64,000 nucleotides of DNA from Methanobacteriota archaeon (GCA_016214785.1 JACRNV010000028.1:67445-131444); one strand, 5' to 3'. Positions 8,609-19,304 are shown, numbered from the stretch's first letter. Translations and numbers: made by a program. The notes: generated by a model not told the origin, from the letters alone.

Positions 8609-9445
8609 CTACTCCATCATCTCGCCGATGGAGTCGTGGAGCGCCGAGAACTCGCTCTCCAGGTGCCCGAGCGCGTACAGGAGCGCGTCCTTGGCCGCGA
8701 GCGAGCCGTCGGTCTCGAACTGGAATATGAACTTCGTCTCGTCCCCCTCGATCGTGATGGCCCCCTTCTCGCAGGCCTCGACGCAGGCCATGCAGAGGTT
8801 GCACGCCTCGAGGTTGACGACCTGAGCCTTCCCTTCTTTCACAGCAATGACCTTCTTCGGGCACGCGCTCGCGCAGTCCTTGGCCCCCTCGCATTTCGCC
8901 TTGCTCACTTTTATCGTCGGGTAGAGCCTGTACCCCGAGCCATGGGTGACCTGCCACTTGGCATGGTCGCGCCCCCTGCCGAGCTGGGCCGTGGCATAGA
9001 TGAGTATGGCCTCGTCCTCGGTGAGCTTGGTGAGCGGTATCAGCTTGTCCACTGGGGAGAGCTTCGAGTCCCCGAGCGGCTCCAGGTCGCCGGAGTATAC
9101 GACGCACGGCCCCTTCTTGTTGAGCGAGAACATGATGGTGCACGTCGGGCAGCCCTCGCCGCCGCAGGCGCATTCCTTCCTGAACTTGTAGAGGCTCAGG
9201 TCCGTCGGTATCGGCACGAGCCCGAGCCTGTGCGCGAGCATCTCGTCGAAGAGCGGCCCGGTGCTCTCGAACGACTTGCCGTTCTCGTCGCTGATGGATC
9301 CCATGTGGAACTCGACGGTCTCGATGGCCATCTTCGGTATCTCGGCCATGAGCACCCTGCGCAGGGCGTTCATGAACGTGACGCTCGCGCCCGACATCAC
9401 GAAGCGCGCGTTGTTGCCCTCGACCTTCATATCCTCTATCTTCAT
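8609..9445 (-). CDS. rpoD: DNA-directed RNA polymerase subunit D (Rpo3) with 4Fe-4S ferredoxin-like insertion
   Basis: 278 aa; RpoD dimerisation-domain pattern plus cysteine clusters (CACGGEGCPTC; CEGAKDCASACP; CNLCMACVEAC); conserved position after rps11. Confidence 0.9.
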   Translation of the reverse strand: MKIEDMKVEGNNARFVMSGASVTFMNALRRVLMAEIPKMAIETVEFHMGSISDENGKSFESTGPLFDEMLAHRLGLVPIPTDLSLYKFRKECACGGEGCPTCTIMFSLNKKGPCVVYSGDLEPLGDSKLSPVDKLIPLTKLTEDEAILIYATAQLGRGRDHAKWQVTHGSGYRLYPTIKVSKAKCEGAKDCASACPKKVIAVKEGKAQVVNLEACNLCMACVEACEKGAITIEGDETKFIFQFETDGSLAAKDALLYALGHLESEFSALHDSIGEMME

Positions 9446-9454
9446 GCAGTACCC

Positions 9455-9838
9455 CTACACTCGGCGCCCGCGCCTTCCGCCCTTCTTCTTCGTCCCGTCA
9501 TGCGGCGTCGGCGTCACGTCCTCGATCCTGCCGATCCTCATGCCGGCCCTGGCCAGCGCCCTGATGGCGGCCTGCGCTCCCGGTCCCGGCGAGGATTCCT
9601 TGTTGCCTCCGGGCGCGCGTACCTTGACTATGACCATGTCGAAGCCCTTCTCCTTCGCGGAGTCGGCGACCCTCTCGGCCGCCTTCATCGCCGCGTAGGG
9701 CGAGCCCTGGTCTTTCTGGGCCTTGACGACCATCCCGCCCGAGCATTTCGTGATGGTCTCGGCCCCGGTCTGGTCCGTGAGAGTGATTATAATATTGTTG
9801 TACGACGAAAAAATGTGGGCGACGCCTTGCTTTCCCAT
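9455..9838 (-). CDS. rps11: 30S ribosomal protein S11 (uS11)
   Basis: 127 aa; [18 protein letters not shown]...[22 protein letters not shown] pattern is classic uS11. Confidence 0.9.
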   Translation of the reverse strand: MGKQGVAHIFSSYNNIIITLTDQTGAETITKCSGGMVVKAQKDQGSPYAAMKAAERVADSAKEKGFDMVIVKVRAPGGNKESSPGPGAQAAIRALARAGMRIGRIEDVTPTPHDGTKKKGGRRGRRV

Positions 9839-9840
9839 GG

Positions 9841-10467
9841 TCAGGCCCCGCCTTCAGTCTTTTCCGCGGGGGCGGGTTCTGCCTTCGCCTCCGGCTTCGG
9901 TGCCGGCGGCAATGGAGCCTCGCCCTCGGGGGTCAACGACTCTTCTCTCGGCCTCGCAGGGTGCAGCTCGTTCGCTATCGGCGACCTCGCGTTGTAGGAT
10001 ATCTGGTCTTCCTCTTCCTTTTTCACGAGGTAGCTCGGGATAGTCACCTTCCTGCTCCCTACCGAGATGTGACCGTGAACGATGAATTGACGGGCCTGGT
10101 TCGGCGTGTAGCTGAGCCCCTTTATGTACGCAAGGGTCTGCAGCCTTCGGGACAGGACTCCCTCGATATTCAGCGCGAGGACGTCGTCCAGTGTCGACTG
10201 CTCCGGCGTCAGCAGGCCGGCCCTTGTCAGCCTGTCTATGAGTTCCTTCATCTCCTTCGTGGCCTGGGGGTCGCCTATGCGCACGCGCGCCTGCAGCGTC
10301 CTGGCCCTCTCCCTGAAGTGCCTCAAAAGGGACTGGGCCTTCCAAATCTCCTTCTTGTTCTTCAGGCCGTACGTGGCGACGAGCTCGTTCTCCTGCTTGA
10401 TCCTCTCGCCCTCCCAGGGGTGGGAGGGCGTGTCATACTTCCTTCTGCAAAATTTAGGGTCTCCCAT
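9841..10467 (-). CDS. rps4: 30S ribosomal protein S4 (uS4) with P/A/E/K-rich C-terminal tail
   Basis: N-terminal [12 protein letters not shown] motif, S4 RNA-binding domain; low-complexity C-terminal extension. Confidence 0.9.
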   Translation of the reverse strand: MGDPKFCRRKYDTPSHPWEGERIKQENELVATYGLKNKKEIWKAQSLLRHFRERARTLQARVRIGDPQATKEMKELIDRLTRAGLLTPEQSTLDDVLALNIEGVLSRRLQTLAYIKGLSYTPNQARQFIVHGHISVGSRKVTIPSYLVKKEEEDQISYNARSPIANELHPARPREESLTPEGEAPLPPAPKPEAKAEPAPAEKTEGGA

Positions 10468-10479
10468 TTATCAACCGTC

Positions 10480-11088
10480 CTAAGTCTTTTCACCGCCTTC
10501 CCCTTCGGCCGGCTTCTTCAGCTGGGTGCGTATGACCCCTAGGGTCAGGCCCGTCCTTCCGTTCGAGCGGGTGCGCTGCCCGCGGACCTTCTGGCCCTGC
10601 TCGTGCCTGATGCCCTTGTAGCAGCGTATCATCTTCATCCTGTTGATGTCGTCCCTGCGCGTTATCTCGACCTGCGGGCCGAGGATGTGGAAGGAGTCGC
10701 CGGTCTCGAAGTCGTCCTGCCTGTTGACCATCCACTCCGGCAGGGTCTCGGAGAGCCCGCCCAGGACCTTCTCGGCCTGCTCTATCTGGGCGTCGGTGAT
10801 CTTCCCTATCTTCTCGTGCCTCGGGAAGTTGATGTCCCTGATAATGACGTCGGCGATCCTGTTCCCCACGCCCTTGATCCCGGTGAGCGCGACGATGGCG
10901 GGCTTGTTCCCGTCCAGGTCCGCGCCCGCGAGCCTCACGATGTACTTGAAGTCCGCGTCCATCTTCTTGACCGGCTTGGGGGCTGCGCTCTTCTCGGGCG
11001 CCTTGCCCTTCTCGCCCTTGTCCTTCTTCTCGTGCTTTTCGGGCTTGTCGGACTTCTCGGGTTTCTGTGTTTTTTCGGGTTCTGCCAT
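10480..11088 (-). CDS. rps13: 30S ribosomal protein S13 (uS13) with K/E-rich N-terminal extension
   Basis: FKYIVRLAGADLDGNKPAIVALTGIKGVGNRIA matches uS13; start set at the ATG 11088-11086 (MAEPEK...), upstream in-frame residues are unlikely to be coding. Confidence 0.85.
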   Translation of the reverse strand: MAEPEKTQKPEKSDKPEKHEKKDKGEKGKAPEKSAAPKPVKKMDADFKYIVRLAGADLDGNKPAIVALTGIKGVGNRIADVIIRDINFPRHEKIGKITDAQIEQAEKVLGGLSETLPEWMVNRQDDFETGDSFHILGPQVEITRRDDINRMKMIRCYKGIRHEQGQKVRGQRTRSNGRTGLTLGVIRTQLKKPAEGEGGEKT

Positions 11089-11279
11089 CGTAATCCTCCA
11101 GGCTCTGCCGTGGGGGAAGTCCCAAAAGGGATGCCCATATATAAAGAATACTACAACTGGTACTGTTGCGTTGAAGGGTGTTGCGTTGCATCTGGCAGGG
11201 AGGTGTTGCAACGCGGGTGATAATTATTAATATTACGCCGAACTTCGCATAAGGTTTATATCTACAATGACCATTAGGT

Positions 11280-11804
11280 ATGAGTGTTGATAATTTGGAC
11301 GGCGATATAAATACTATACTTACAATATTCAGTCTGGCTCTAAGTATCATCGCACTGACAATCATTTTACACGAGAAATGGGCCTGGAAGCATCGATTTA
11401 CGGTTCAATATAGACCCGACCCACAAGAAGTAGTACGTTGGCCCCAATCATCAGATTACTGTATCGATGTAGAATTTAGGTGTGTGAAAAGTAATGCCGT
11501 TGTTTATCGTATTTGGCAACAGAGGGGATGGTTTATTGGAGGAGCCCAACTAAGCGTTTTAGAATCGAAAACGAAAGAGCCTATTCAAATTGGAGAAAAT
11601 GATTATCATTTTTTCCTTGTGCAAGAAAATGTACCCAAGATAATTACACTCGTTTTTAGAAAGAGTGACACTCGCACCGAAGGAACGGTGGGATTCCAAA
11701 TTGAAACTTCAGATGGAATATTTAAAAAGGAATTCAACCTTATTTGGGTGCCCGATAAGGTTGAACCTAATGAAAAAAGAATTCAAAAATGTCAATTTAA
11801 CTAA
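11280..11804 (+). CDS. hypothetical protein in low-GC patch (N-terminal TM helix)
   Basis: 174-aa ORF inside a clearly AT-richer segment (about 11220-11880) between the ribosomal/RNAP operon and rfcL; no recognisable motifs. Confidence 0.4.
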   Translation: MSVDNLDGDINTILTIFSLALSIIALTIILHEKWAWKHRFTVQYRPDPQEVVRWPQSSDYCIDVEFRCVKSNAVVYRIWQQRGWFIGGAQLSVLESKTKEPIQIGENDYHFFLVQENVPKIITLVFRKSDTRTEGTVGFQIETSDGIFKKEFNLIWVPDKVEPNEKRIQKCQFN

Positions 11805-11921
11805 GCGCCCCCGAACTGCCTTTGGTTCGCTATCAATTCAACCATTCCAGCCCAGCGGTTCTATGACAGTGTGGTAGCGCCATGATCCCGGCAAAATCGG
11901 CAGTGCAAATCCTTTTACCCA

Positions 11922-13310
11922 TTGAGTCAGATACGAGCGCCGATGGACGCAGACTGGACGGAGAAGTACAGGCCGCGCGCCCTGAAGGACATCGTCGGCA
12001 ACGCCTCCGCGCTCGAGAGGCTGAGGCGCTGGGGCGAGAGCTGGTCCAACGGCGCCCCGGAAAAGCGCGGCGTCATTCTAGCGGGCCCACCTGGCGTCGG
12101 AAAGACATCGGCCGCGCATGCTCTCGCCTTCGAGTTCGGGTGGGAGGTCATAGAGCTCAACGCCTCAGACCAGCGCAACGCCGGGGCGATCAAGTCTATC
12201 GCCCACAGGGGCGCCATCTTCGAGGGCTTCTCGCACACTGGGGAGTTCAGGCGTGCCAGGGACGGCGGCCGGAAGCTCATCATCCTCGACGAGGCTGACA
12301 ACATCTTCGGCAGGGAGGACGCCGGGGGGGCGCGGGCCATCGTGCAGATGCTCAGGGAGACGATGCAGCCCGTGATCCTGATCGCCAACGACTACCAGAA
12401 GCTGAAGCAGAAGTCCGGCGAGATTGTGTCCTCGTGCATCACGCTGTACTTCGATTTGCCAAGCGAGTTCCAGGTTTCAAGGCTGCTCTCCGACATCGCT
12501 GGCAAGGAGGGGATGAAGGCCACGGAGGGCTTCTTCGGCATGCTCGCCTCGCAGTGCGGCGGCGACGTGCGCTCGGCGGTCAACGACCTGCAATCATTCA
12601 GCAAGGGCGGTAAGAACGTATTGGAAGAGAAGGACATTGCCTCCATCGGTTACAGGGACGTGCAGATTGAGCCCGAGATTTTCGTGCGCAACCTCTTCGC
12701 CGCAAGGAACATGGGCGAGGCCAGGAGGGCGTACCGCGAGTTCGACGGCACGCCGGACGAGGCGATGCTGTGGCTCGACGGCAACATGACGGCTGGGATG
12801 TCGGGCGCCGAAGACCTCTCGAAGGGATACGCGATGCTCTCCTCCGCTGACCTTTTCCTGGGGAGGGCGAACCGCGCCAAGATTTACTCGCTCTGGCCGT
12901 ACGCCATAGACATGATGACCTGCGGCATAGCCGTCTCGAGGAAGAGCCGGGCTGTAGGCGCGGAGTTCAAGCTGCCCTTCTGGCTCATCATGATGTCGCG
13001 GTCCAAGGCCTCGCGCGGGGTGCGAAACGGGCTATGCATGAAGCTCGCAAGGTACACCCACACGTCCTCGTCGGCCATCGCCTCGCAGGACCTCGCATAC
13101 TATTCCAGGATGCTCGAGGACGACCAGGAGCTCAGGGGCCACATGGCTGCGGCGCTCTACCTCACAGAGGCCGAGGTCGGCTACCTCCTGCGCGAGCGCA
13201 CCGACTCGGAGCGCGTGGCGCAGGTCATGGCCGAGGTGCGGGCGCTCGAGGAGAAGGGGCGCAAGGGCACAGGCGCGCTCCAGGTACAGGGCGGTCCGGG
13301 CGCAGGGTGA
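11922..13310 (+). CDS. rfcL: replication factor C large subunit
   Basis: AAA+ Walker A GPPGVGKTS, Walker B ILDEAD, sensor motifs; archaeal RfcL length; may start at the ATG at 11943. Confidence 0.85.
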   Translation: MSQIRAPMDADWTEKYRPRALKDIVGNASALERLRRWGESWSNGAPEKRGVILAGPPGVGKTSAAHALAFEFGWEVIELNASDQRNAGAIKSIAHRGAIFEGFSHTGEFRRARDGGRKLIILDEADNIFGREDAGGARAIVQMLRETMQPVILIANDYQKLKQKSGEIVSSCITLYFDLPSEFQVSRLLSDIAGKEGMKATEGFFGMLASQCGGDVRSAVNDLQSFSKGGKNVLEEKDIASIGYRDVQIEPEIFVRNLFAARNMGEARRAYREFDGTPDEAMLWLDGNMTAGMSGAEDLSKGYAMLSSADLFLGRANRAKIYSLWPYAIDMMTCGIAVSRKSRAVGAEFKLPFWLIMMSRSKASRGVRNGLCMKLARYTHTSSSAIASQDLAYYSRMLEDDQELRGHMAAALYLTEAEVGYLLRERTDSERVAQVMAEVRALEEKGRKGTGALQVQGGPGAG

Positions 13311-14254
13311 TGGCAATGCCTGTCAACGACGAGCTCAGGGCCATCCTCGAGAAGCAGCAGTACCGCGTCGTGGGCGGCCATTCAGGCGTGAAGCTGTGCC
13401 ACTGGCTCGGGCAGAAGATGCTCCACGGGCGCGCGTGCTACAAGGAGCAGTTCTACGGCATCAGATCGCACAGGTGCCTGCAGATGACGCCCGCGCTGAA
13501 CAACTGCACGCAATCATGTCTGTTCTGCTGGAGGTTCCAGGGCTTCTCGGAGCGCGACCTGGCCGAGTGCGACGAGCCCGCAGATATCCTAGACGGCGCG
13601 ATTAAAGCGCAAAAAAAGCTCATCACCGGGTACAAAGGGGACCCGCGCTGCCCGAGGGAGATGTGGAAGGAAGCGAACGAGCCGAACCAGGTCGCGATCT
13701 CCCTTGCGGGAGAGCCGACGCTGTACGAGAAGCTCGGCGGTTTCATTGCAGAGTGCCACGATCGCGGGATGACGACCTTCGTCGTCACGAACGGGACATG
13801 CCCGGAAGCGCTCGAGAGGCTCGACCCGCTGCCGACGCAGCTCTATGTGACCGTGGCCGCGCCTGACGAAGCAACCTTCAAGAAGCTCTGCGTTCCGGTC
13901 GTCCCGAAGGCCTGGGCGCGCCTGCAGAAGTCGATAGATTTGTTCCCGTCCCTGGACACCAGGCGCGTGGTACGCCACACCCTTGTGAAAGGCTGGAACC
14001 TCGGGCGCGAGGGGGAGTACGCGGCCATCGACAGGCGCGCCGAGCCGCACTTCATCGAACCCAAGGGTTACGTCTTCGTGGGATACTCGCGCGAGCGCAT
14101 GGCCATCGCCAACATGCCGTCGCAGGACGAGGTGATGGCCTTTTCCGGCAAGCTCGCGGAGACGCTCGGCTTCCAGGTCGCTGGCGAGAAGCGCGACAGC
14201 AGGGTGTGCGTGCTGGCTTCGGGCAGCGCCCCCCTGAAGATTGGGGAGGCCTGA
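13310..14254 (+). CDS. taw1: tRNA wybutosine-synthesizing radical SAM enzyme TYW1/Taw1
   Basis: MAMPVNDELRAILEKQQYRVVGGHSGVKLCHW... matches the archaeal Taw1 N-terminus; radical SAM cysteine cluster (CTQSCLFC); ATG overlaps the rfcL stop (GTGATGG). Confidence 0.85.
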   Translation: MAMPVNDELRAILEKQQYRVVGGHSGVKLCHWLGQKMLHGRACYKEQFYGIRSHRCLQMTPALNNCTQSCLFCWRFQGFSERDLAECDEPADILDGAIKAQKKLITGYKGDPRCPREMWKEANEPNQVAISLAGEPTLYEKLGGFIAECHDRGMTTFVVTNGTCPEALERLDPLPTQLYVTVAAPDEATFKKLCVPVVPKAWARLQKSIDLFPSLDTRRVVRHTLVKGWNLGREGEYAAIDRRAEPHFIEPKGYVFVGYSRERMAIANMPSQDEVMAFSGKLAETLGFQVAGEKRDSRVCVLASGSAPLKIGEA

Positions 14255-14255
14255 G

Positions 14256-14804
14256 ATGTTCGAGGGCTGGATGGACTGGCTATGGGGCATGATATCCAAT
14301 CCGTGGGCGTTCCTTTTGGTGTTCTTCGTATTCTGCTTCCTCGCGGCCATCATCCTCCCGATACCGGTGGAGATCGGGCTGCTCGGGCTGGCGGCATACA
14401 AGTACTCTCTCTTTGGTCTGAGCTTGTTCCCAAGCTTCTTCGTGCTCGCCCTGGTCCTCGCGCTCGGCAAGGGCCTGGGCGCGTGGGCGGTCTTCTACAT
14501 CGGCGTCAAGATCGAGGAGGACATCCGCTACTGGCTCAAGTGGCGCGCGTTCCAGTGGCTCTTCGAGAAGTGCACGTGGCTCGTGTCGAAGCTCGGCTAC
14601 CTCGGTTTGTATATCATTCTAATAATACCGTTGATGACCGACACGGTCCCGCTCTACCTCTTCTCCCTCATGAACCGGGACGGCAAGGTCTTCAACATGA
14701 AGTTCTTCGTGGCCACGAACCTCCTTGCGGGGTTCGCGCGTGCAATCAACGTCGGCATACTATTCATGGCCGGTTATGGCTACATGCTGGGCGGGACGTT
14801 TTAA
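14256..14804 (+). CDS. integral membrane protein (4-5 TM, hypothetical)
   Basis: 182 aa, strongly hydrophobic; ATG 2 nt after the taw1 stop. Confidence 0.5.
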   Translation: MFEGWMDWLWGMISNPWAFLLVFFVFCFLAAIILPIPVEIGLLGLAAYKYSLFGLSLFPSFFVLALVLALGKGLGAWAVFYIGVKIEEDIRYWLKWRAFQWLFEKCTWLVSKLGYLGLYIILIIPLMTDTVPLYLFSLMNRDGKVFNMKFFVATNLLAGFARAINVGILFMAGYGYMLGGTF

Positions 14805-14891
14805 AAAAATATATATTTCTCCTTTACATCTAATACATGTGATTCACATGTGAAAGAGGGGTTTAAATCCGCGGAAGGCCATTTTCGTGGC

Positions 14892-17800
14892 ATGACTCGA
14901 AAAAGCAGCCGCAGGGTGGGCCCGTTCACGAAAACATTCGCAGTCCTGGCGGTCATCGGCGCGATCATGGCCTCGGGGATTATCGCCTACAACGCCGACG
15001 AGCTTTACCTCGCCGGCAAGGGGAACGCGCTCGCCTACCTATCTTCAAGGATTGTCGCGGGCTCGAGGGCCACGGTCCTTGTGGCCACGAGCGACACGTC
15101 TGGCCGTCCGATATCTACCGACTTCAGGGTCGATGTCGTATCATCGGACGGCGCTAGGATAGTGGTCAATGGGAAGACCGGCGCGGACGGATGGGGCGAA
15201 GCGGCTTTCGATTCGCCCAGCGCGCCTGGCGACGCCAATGTATATATCAACAGCTCGATGGGCACCGTCGAGAAGTGCGTGACCATCGACGATACAATCA
15301 GGGTCCTCCTCGCCACCGACAAGCCGATATACCAGCCGGGACAGGTCGTGCGCATCCGCGTGGCGGCGTTCGAAGGGGACTCTCCGCACCCCTCGGGGCG
15401 CAACTGCACGTTCGAGGTGCGCTCCCCCTACGGCGACGCGATCTTCAGGAAGACCGTGGCGCTGGACGAGTTCGGAATCGGCTCCCTGGACTACCCGCTC
15501 GGCTACGTGCTGCCCTTCGGGAGCTACAAGATCAACGTCACGATAGGCTCGAGGGTGGAGTCCTCCGTGTTCGTCGTCAAGAACTACGTCCTCCCCATGT
15601 TCGCAATCCAGCTCCTTGGGATCAAGGACTGGTACACGGTCGGCGATTCGATATCCGGCGCCGTCTCCGCCGCGTACACGTTCGGGAAGCAGGTTCCCGG
15701 GTACGCCGAGGTGACGGCCAAGGCCTACGTGGGCATATGGTCCGAGGTGGGACGGGCGAGCGGCAGCCTCGTCAACGGCTCGTACTCGTTTCACCTGCCG
15801 AGCGTCCAGTATGCCGCTGGGGTATTGCTGAACGGCGGGAACGGCTACATCGAGATCAACAGCACCGTCACGGACACGAGCGGGCATTCCGAGAAGCGCA
15901 GCACGATTGTTCCGCTGGCTAGCGGGGCACTCTCGGTCAACGTTCTGGCCGAGAGCAATATGGTGGGCGAGCGCTCGAGCTACCTCTTCCTCGTGAGGAC
16001 GCCGGACGGGAAGCCGGTCGGCGGGGCGAACGTCAGCGTCACCATCGGCCATCTCGGCCCGGAGGCGTACAAGACGGACGGGCGCGGCGTTGCCAAGATC
16101 GAGTTCACATATCACGGCGAGGCCGCGATGTACTACTCAGTCAACAACGGCGGCACGAGCGCCTCGGGGACGATTGCCCTTGGCGCCAGGTCGTACGGCC
16201 TGAAGGTCATCCCCGACAAGAGGGGGTACCGGCTGGGCGAGCAGATGAAGTTCGACGTCGTTTACAGCGGGTCATCCTACACTTCCACCCTCTATTACGA
16301 GGTGATCGCGCGCGATTTCGTGCTCAGCTCGGGGAGGGTCGCGCTGTCCAGCGGGCGCGGCCAGATTGCCATCGCCGCGAGCCAGTCGATGTCCCCCGCG
16401 GCAGAGGTGCGCGTGTACAAGATTCAGACGAACCTCAGCGTGATATCCGATTCGACGATCGTCGCGGTCGGCGGCGCCGAGTGCCTCGACGTGCGGATAT
16501 CCGCCGACAAGGGTGAGTACAAGCCGCGCGACGCCGTCCGCCTGACTTTCAACGTCTCGAAGGACGGCAGCCCGGAGATCGCCGCCGTAGGCGTCTCGGG
16601 GGTCGATTCAGCCGTTTATGAACTCGCCGGGCGCATGACCGGTTTCGAGTCGCTCTTCTACGACCTCGAGTCCGACTTCCTCCAGCCGAGGTGGCAGATA
16701 TGCAACTACGCGTACGGCGAGGGCGCGGACCCGGGAATCGACCCGGGCAACCGGACCGTCGTCAACGTCTCCTCCAGCAAGGGGCTGTCGCTCACAGGTA
16801 TGTCGGTCGACCACCTCGCGAAGGCCGCCCAGGCCAGGAACGGCGCGGTCGAGATGTTCAACAACGCCATCCTCGTCCTCGCGCTGGTAGGCGCGTTCAT
16901 AGGGATAGTCGCCCTTGCGAGGTACAAGGGGCCCAAGGCCATAATCGCCGTCGTTCTAATCGTGGGGATTGGTACCTCGGGGCTCTCCATCCTTTACGTG
17001 ATGACGAGCGGCTACATGAGCGGCGGAGGGGGCTCGCAGATGATGGGCATCGATTCGAGCCAGTCCGGCGGCGGGAACGATGGTTCGAACTCTATGCCCG
17101 CCCCGGCAACGGGCATTGGGTTGCCTACATTTTCGTTGGAAGATACATCAACAGGCAGGATGGATGTCGGGACACAACTGCAAATCGCCCCGCCGCCCGT
17201 CACGCGCCAGTACTTCCCCGAGACGTGGATTTGGGTCCCCTCCCTTGTCACTGGCCGGGACGGGTCGGCCCACCTGGACGTCGAGGCGCCCGACTCCATC
17301 ACGAAGTGGGAGATCTCCGCCATCGCGACGACGAAGGACGGCTCCGTCGGGACGGCGCAGGGCAACCTAACCGTATTCCAGGAGTTCTTCGTCGAGCCAG
17401 ACATCCCGGTCAGCGCCGTGCGCGGGGACGAGTTCCCGCTGCGGGTCATGATATACAACTACCTCAGGACGCCCATGAACGTCTCCGTCGTCCTGCAGGG
17501 GGACAGCTGGTTCGACTCGCTCGACGGGGCTTCGCGCATGGTCGGCGTCTCCGGCGAGAGCGTCACGGGTGTCACGTTCCGCATAAGGCCGCAGCTAGTG
17601 GGTAGGCACAATGTCACCATCCTCGCGGGCAACATGCAGACGAGCGACATGGTGGTGCGCGAGATGAGGGTGGAGCCGAACGGGAAGCTCAGGACCGTAA
17701 CGCAGAACGCCGTGCTGGACGACAACGCCAGCGCGGCGCTCAGGGCCGACGCCTTCCAGAGCCTCGTGCCGGGGAGCCAGGGCGCGGTGCTGAGGATCGA

Positions 17801-19304
17801 GGCGGGCCTCCTCGCGCTCACGCTCGACGGCGCGGGGGACTTCATCCAGTTCGTCTCCGGCTGCGGCGAGCAGTCCACGTCGCGCCTCTCGGTGGACGTC
17901 GCGGCCTACAAGAACCTGCTCATGTCGGACGTCTCGGACGAGCAGATGGCCAAGTACGAAACCATCCTGACGCAGGGCATCCAGCACGAGCTCATCTACC
18001 TGATGGCCCCCGCGGACGCCCCCGGCAGGGCGATATGCTGGCACAACGGCGAGCCCGCCGACCTCTGGCTGACCGCGTGGGCGCTCTTCGCCTTCCAGGA
18101 CCTCCGGGACGCGGGGTTCGAGGTCGACACGGCGATAGTATCCGACATGCAGAGGTTCATCCTGAGCCAGCAGTCCTCGGACGGCCATTTCGGGTTCCCG
18201 AACGTCGGGCACTGGTCCATCAACGATGAATTGCAGGGCAAGGACCTTGCGGCCACGGCCTATATAGTCAGGGGTTTGCTTTACTCCGGCATGGTCGCCT
18301 CCAGCGAGGGCATATCGAGGGCCGTGTCCTACATGGCCTCGCACGCCTCGGAGGCTGGAAATTCGGCGTACACGACAGCACTCCTCCTCCTCTCCCTGAG
18401 GAGCGCGAACGCCGAGCCAGCGCTGCAGGAATCGCTCGCCGACAAGCTCTCCGCTATGAAGACCGTCGGCGCGAACGACTCCGCCTCTTGGACATCGACC
18501 TCGCGGTACACGGACACGACGACAGAGACCACGGCCTACGTCGCAATGGCCCTCAGCCGCTTCCCGGGCCACAGCGCAGAGTCGCAGCAGGCGCTCAAGC
18601 ACCTCCTCAAGAGCCGCAACCACGGCTATTTCGGCTCGACTCATGACACGGCCGTCGCCTTCCAGGCTCTCAACGTTTGCGGCTCCTTCGGTGACGTGCA
18701 GATGACTGTAGCGGTGACAGCGCCGGGCGGCTTTATTGCCAACGAGTCCTTCACGCAGGCCACGAGCGACATGCCGAGGGTCATCGACCTCGCCCCTTGG
18801 ATATCCGCGAGCGGCGTGGCCGTCGACCTGAAGAGCACGGGCGTGGGCAGGATAATGGCCCAGCTCATCTACGAGGAATACGTCCCGTGGTCGGAGATCG
18901 TGGCTGTCGAGGAAGCCATTGCCCTGACAGTCTCCTATGACGCCACAAACATACGAGTGGACGATATGGTCAGGTGCACCGTCAGCCTTGCCTACACCGG
19001 CCCGGCGCCGATGTTGAAGATGGTGCTCGTCGACCTGCGCGCGCCCGTCGGCTTCTCCTTCGTCGTCGAGGATTTCGACGGGCTGCTGGCCAACGGGACT
19101 ATAAACCAGTACGAGGTCTCGGACAGGCAGGCAGTCGTCTACATCGACGGCGTGCAGAGGGGCGTCCCCATGGGGTTCGTGTACAGGATAAGGGCCGACA
19201 TGCCCATCAGGGCCACGGTCCAGGGCGTCCGCGCCTACGACATGTATAACCCCGGCACAATCGCGACCCTACCGCCGGTGGAGTTCGTCTCCACCTCCCC
19301 CTAG
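14892..19304 (+). CDS. alpha-2-macroglobulin family thioester-containing protein with N-terminal membrane anchor and an internal hydrophobic hairpin at the bait-region position
   Basis: Thioester motif GCGEQ (FVSGCGEQSTS) about residue 1000; A2M/C3-family motif FPETWIW just after the putative bait region; N-terminal signal anchor; about 1470 aa, matching the size of bacterial A2M; GTG start at 14850 is an alternative. Confidence 0.7.
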   Translation: MTRKSSRRVGPFTKTFAVLAVIGAIMASGIIAYNADELYLAGKGNALAYLSSRIVAGSRATVLVATSDTSGRPISTDFRVDVVSSDGARIVVNGKTGADGWGEAAFDSPSAPGDANVYINSSMGTVEKCVTIDDTIRVLLATDKPIYQPGQVVRIRVAAFEGDSPHPSGRNCTFEVRSPYGDAIFRKTVALDEFGIGSLDYPLGYVLPFGSYKINVTIGSRVESSVFVVKNYVLPMFAIQLLGIKDWYTVGDSISGAVSAAYTFGKQVPGYAEVTAKAYVGIWSEVGRASGSLVNGSYSFHLPSVQYAAGVLLNGGNGYIEINSTVTDTSGHSEKRSTIVPLASGALSVNVLAESNMVGERSSYLFLVRTPDGKPVGGANVSVTIGHLGPEAYKTDGRGVAKIEFTYHGEAAMYYSVNNGGTSASGTIALGARSYGLKVIPDKRGYRLGEQMKFDVVYSGSSYTSTLYYEVIARDFVLSSGRVALSSGRGQIAIAASQSMSPAAEVRVYKIQTNLSVISDSTIVAVGGAECLDVRISADKGEYKPRDAVRLTFNVSKDGSPEIAAVGVSGVDSAVYELAGRMTGFESLFYDLESDFLQPRWQICNYAYGEGADPGIDPGNRTVVNVSSSKGLSLTGMSVDHLAKAAQARNGAVEMFNNAILVLALVGAFIGIVALARYKGPKAIIAVVLIVGIGTSGLSILYVMTSGYMSGGGGSQMMGIDSSQSGGGNDGSNSMPAPATGIGLPTFSLEDTSTGRMDVGTQLQIAPPPVTRQYFPETWIWVPSLVTGRDGSAHLDVEAPDSITKWEISAIATTKDGSVGTAQGNLTVFQEFFVEPDIPVSAVRGDEFPLRVMIYNYLRTPMNVSVVLQGDSWFDSLDGASRMVGVSGESVTGVTFRIRPQLVGRHNVTILAGNMQTSDMVVREMRVEPNGKLRTVTQNAVLDDNASAALRADAFQSLVPGSQGAVLRIEAGLLALTLDGAGDFIQFVSGCGEQSTSRLSVDVAAYKNLLMSDVSDEQMAKYETILTQGIQHELIYLMAPADAPGRAICWHNGEPADLWLTAWALFAFQDLRDAGFEVDTAIVSDMQRFILSQQSSDGHFGFPNVGHWSINDELQGKDLAATAYIVRGLLYSGMVASSEGISRAVSYMASHASEAGNSAYTTALLLLSLRSANAEPALQESLADKLSAMKTVGANDSASWTSTSRYTDTTTETTAYVAMALSRFPGHSAESQQALKHLLKSRNHGYFGSTHDTAVAFQALNVCGSFGDVQMTVAVTAPGGFIANESFTQATSDMPRVIDLAPWISASGVAVDLKSTGVGRIMAQLIYEEYVPWSEIVAVEEAIALTVSYDATNIRVDDMVRCTVSLAYTGPAPMLKMVLVDLRAPVGFSFVVEDFDGLLANGTINQYEVSDRQAVVYIDGVQRGVPMGFVYRIRADMPIRATVQGVRAYDMYNPGTIATLPPVEFVSTSP

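Noticed and set aside
8636-9997. 453-aa plus-strand ORF spanning the rpoD/rps11 region
   Set aside because: Antisense to two highly conserved genes (Rpo3 and uS11) with unmistakable motifs. Arg/Leu/Gly-rich composition typical of spurious GC-rich frames.
15141-18644. Several 240-350 aa ORFs in other frames within the A2M-like gene
   Set aside because: Overlap a single uninterrupted 4.4-kb sense ORF bearing family motifs (GCGEQ, FPETWIW). Their sequences are Arg/Gly/Pro-rich low-complexity strings.
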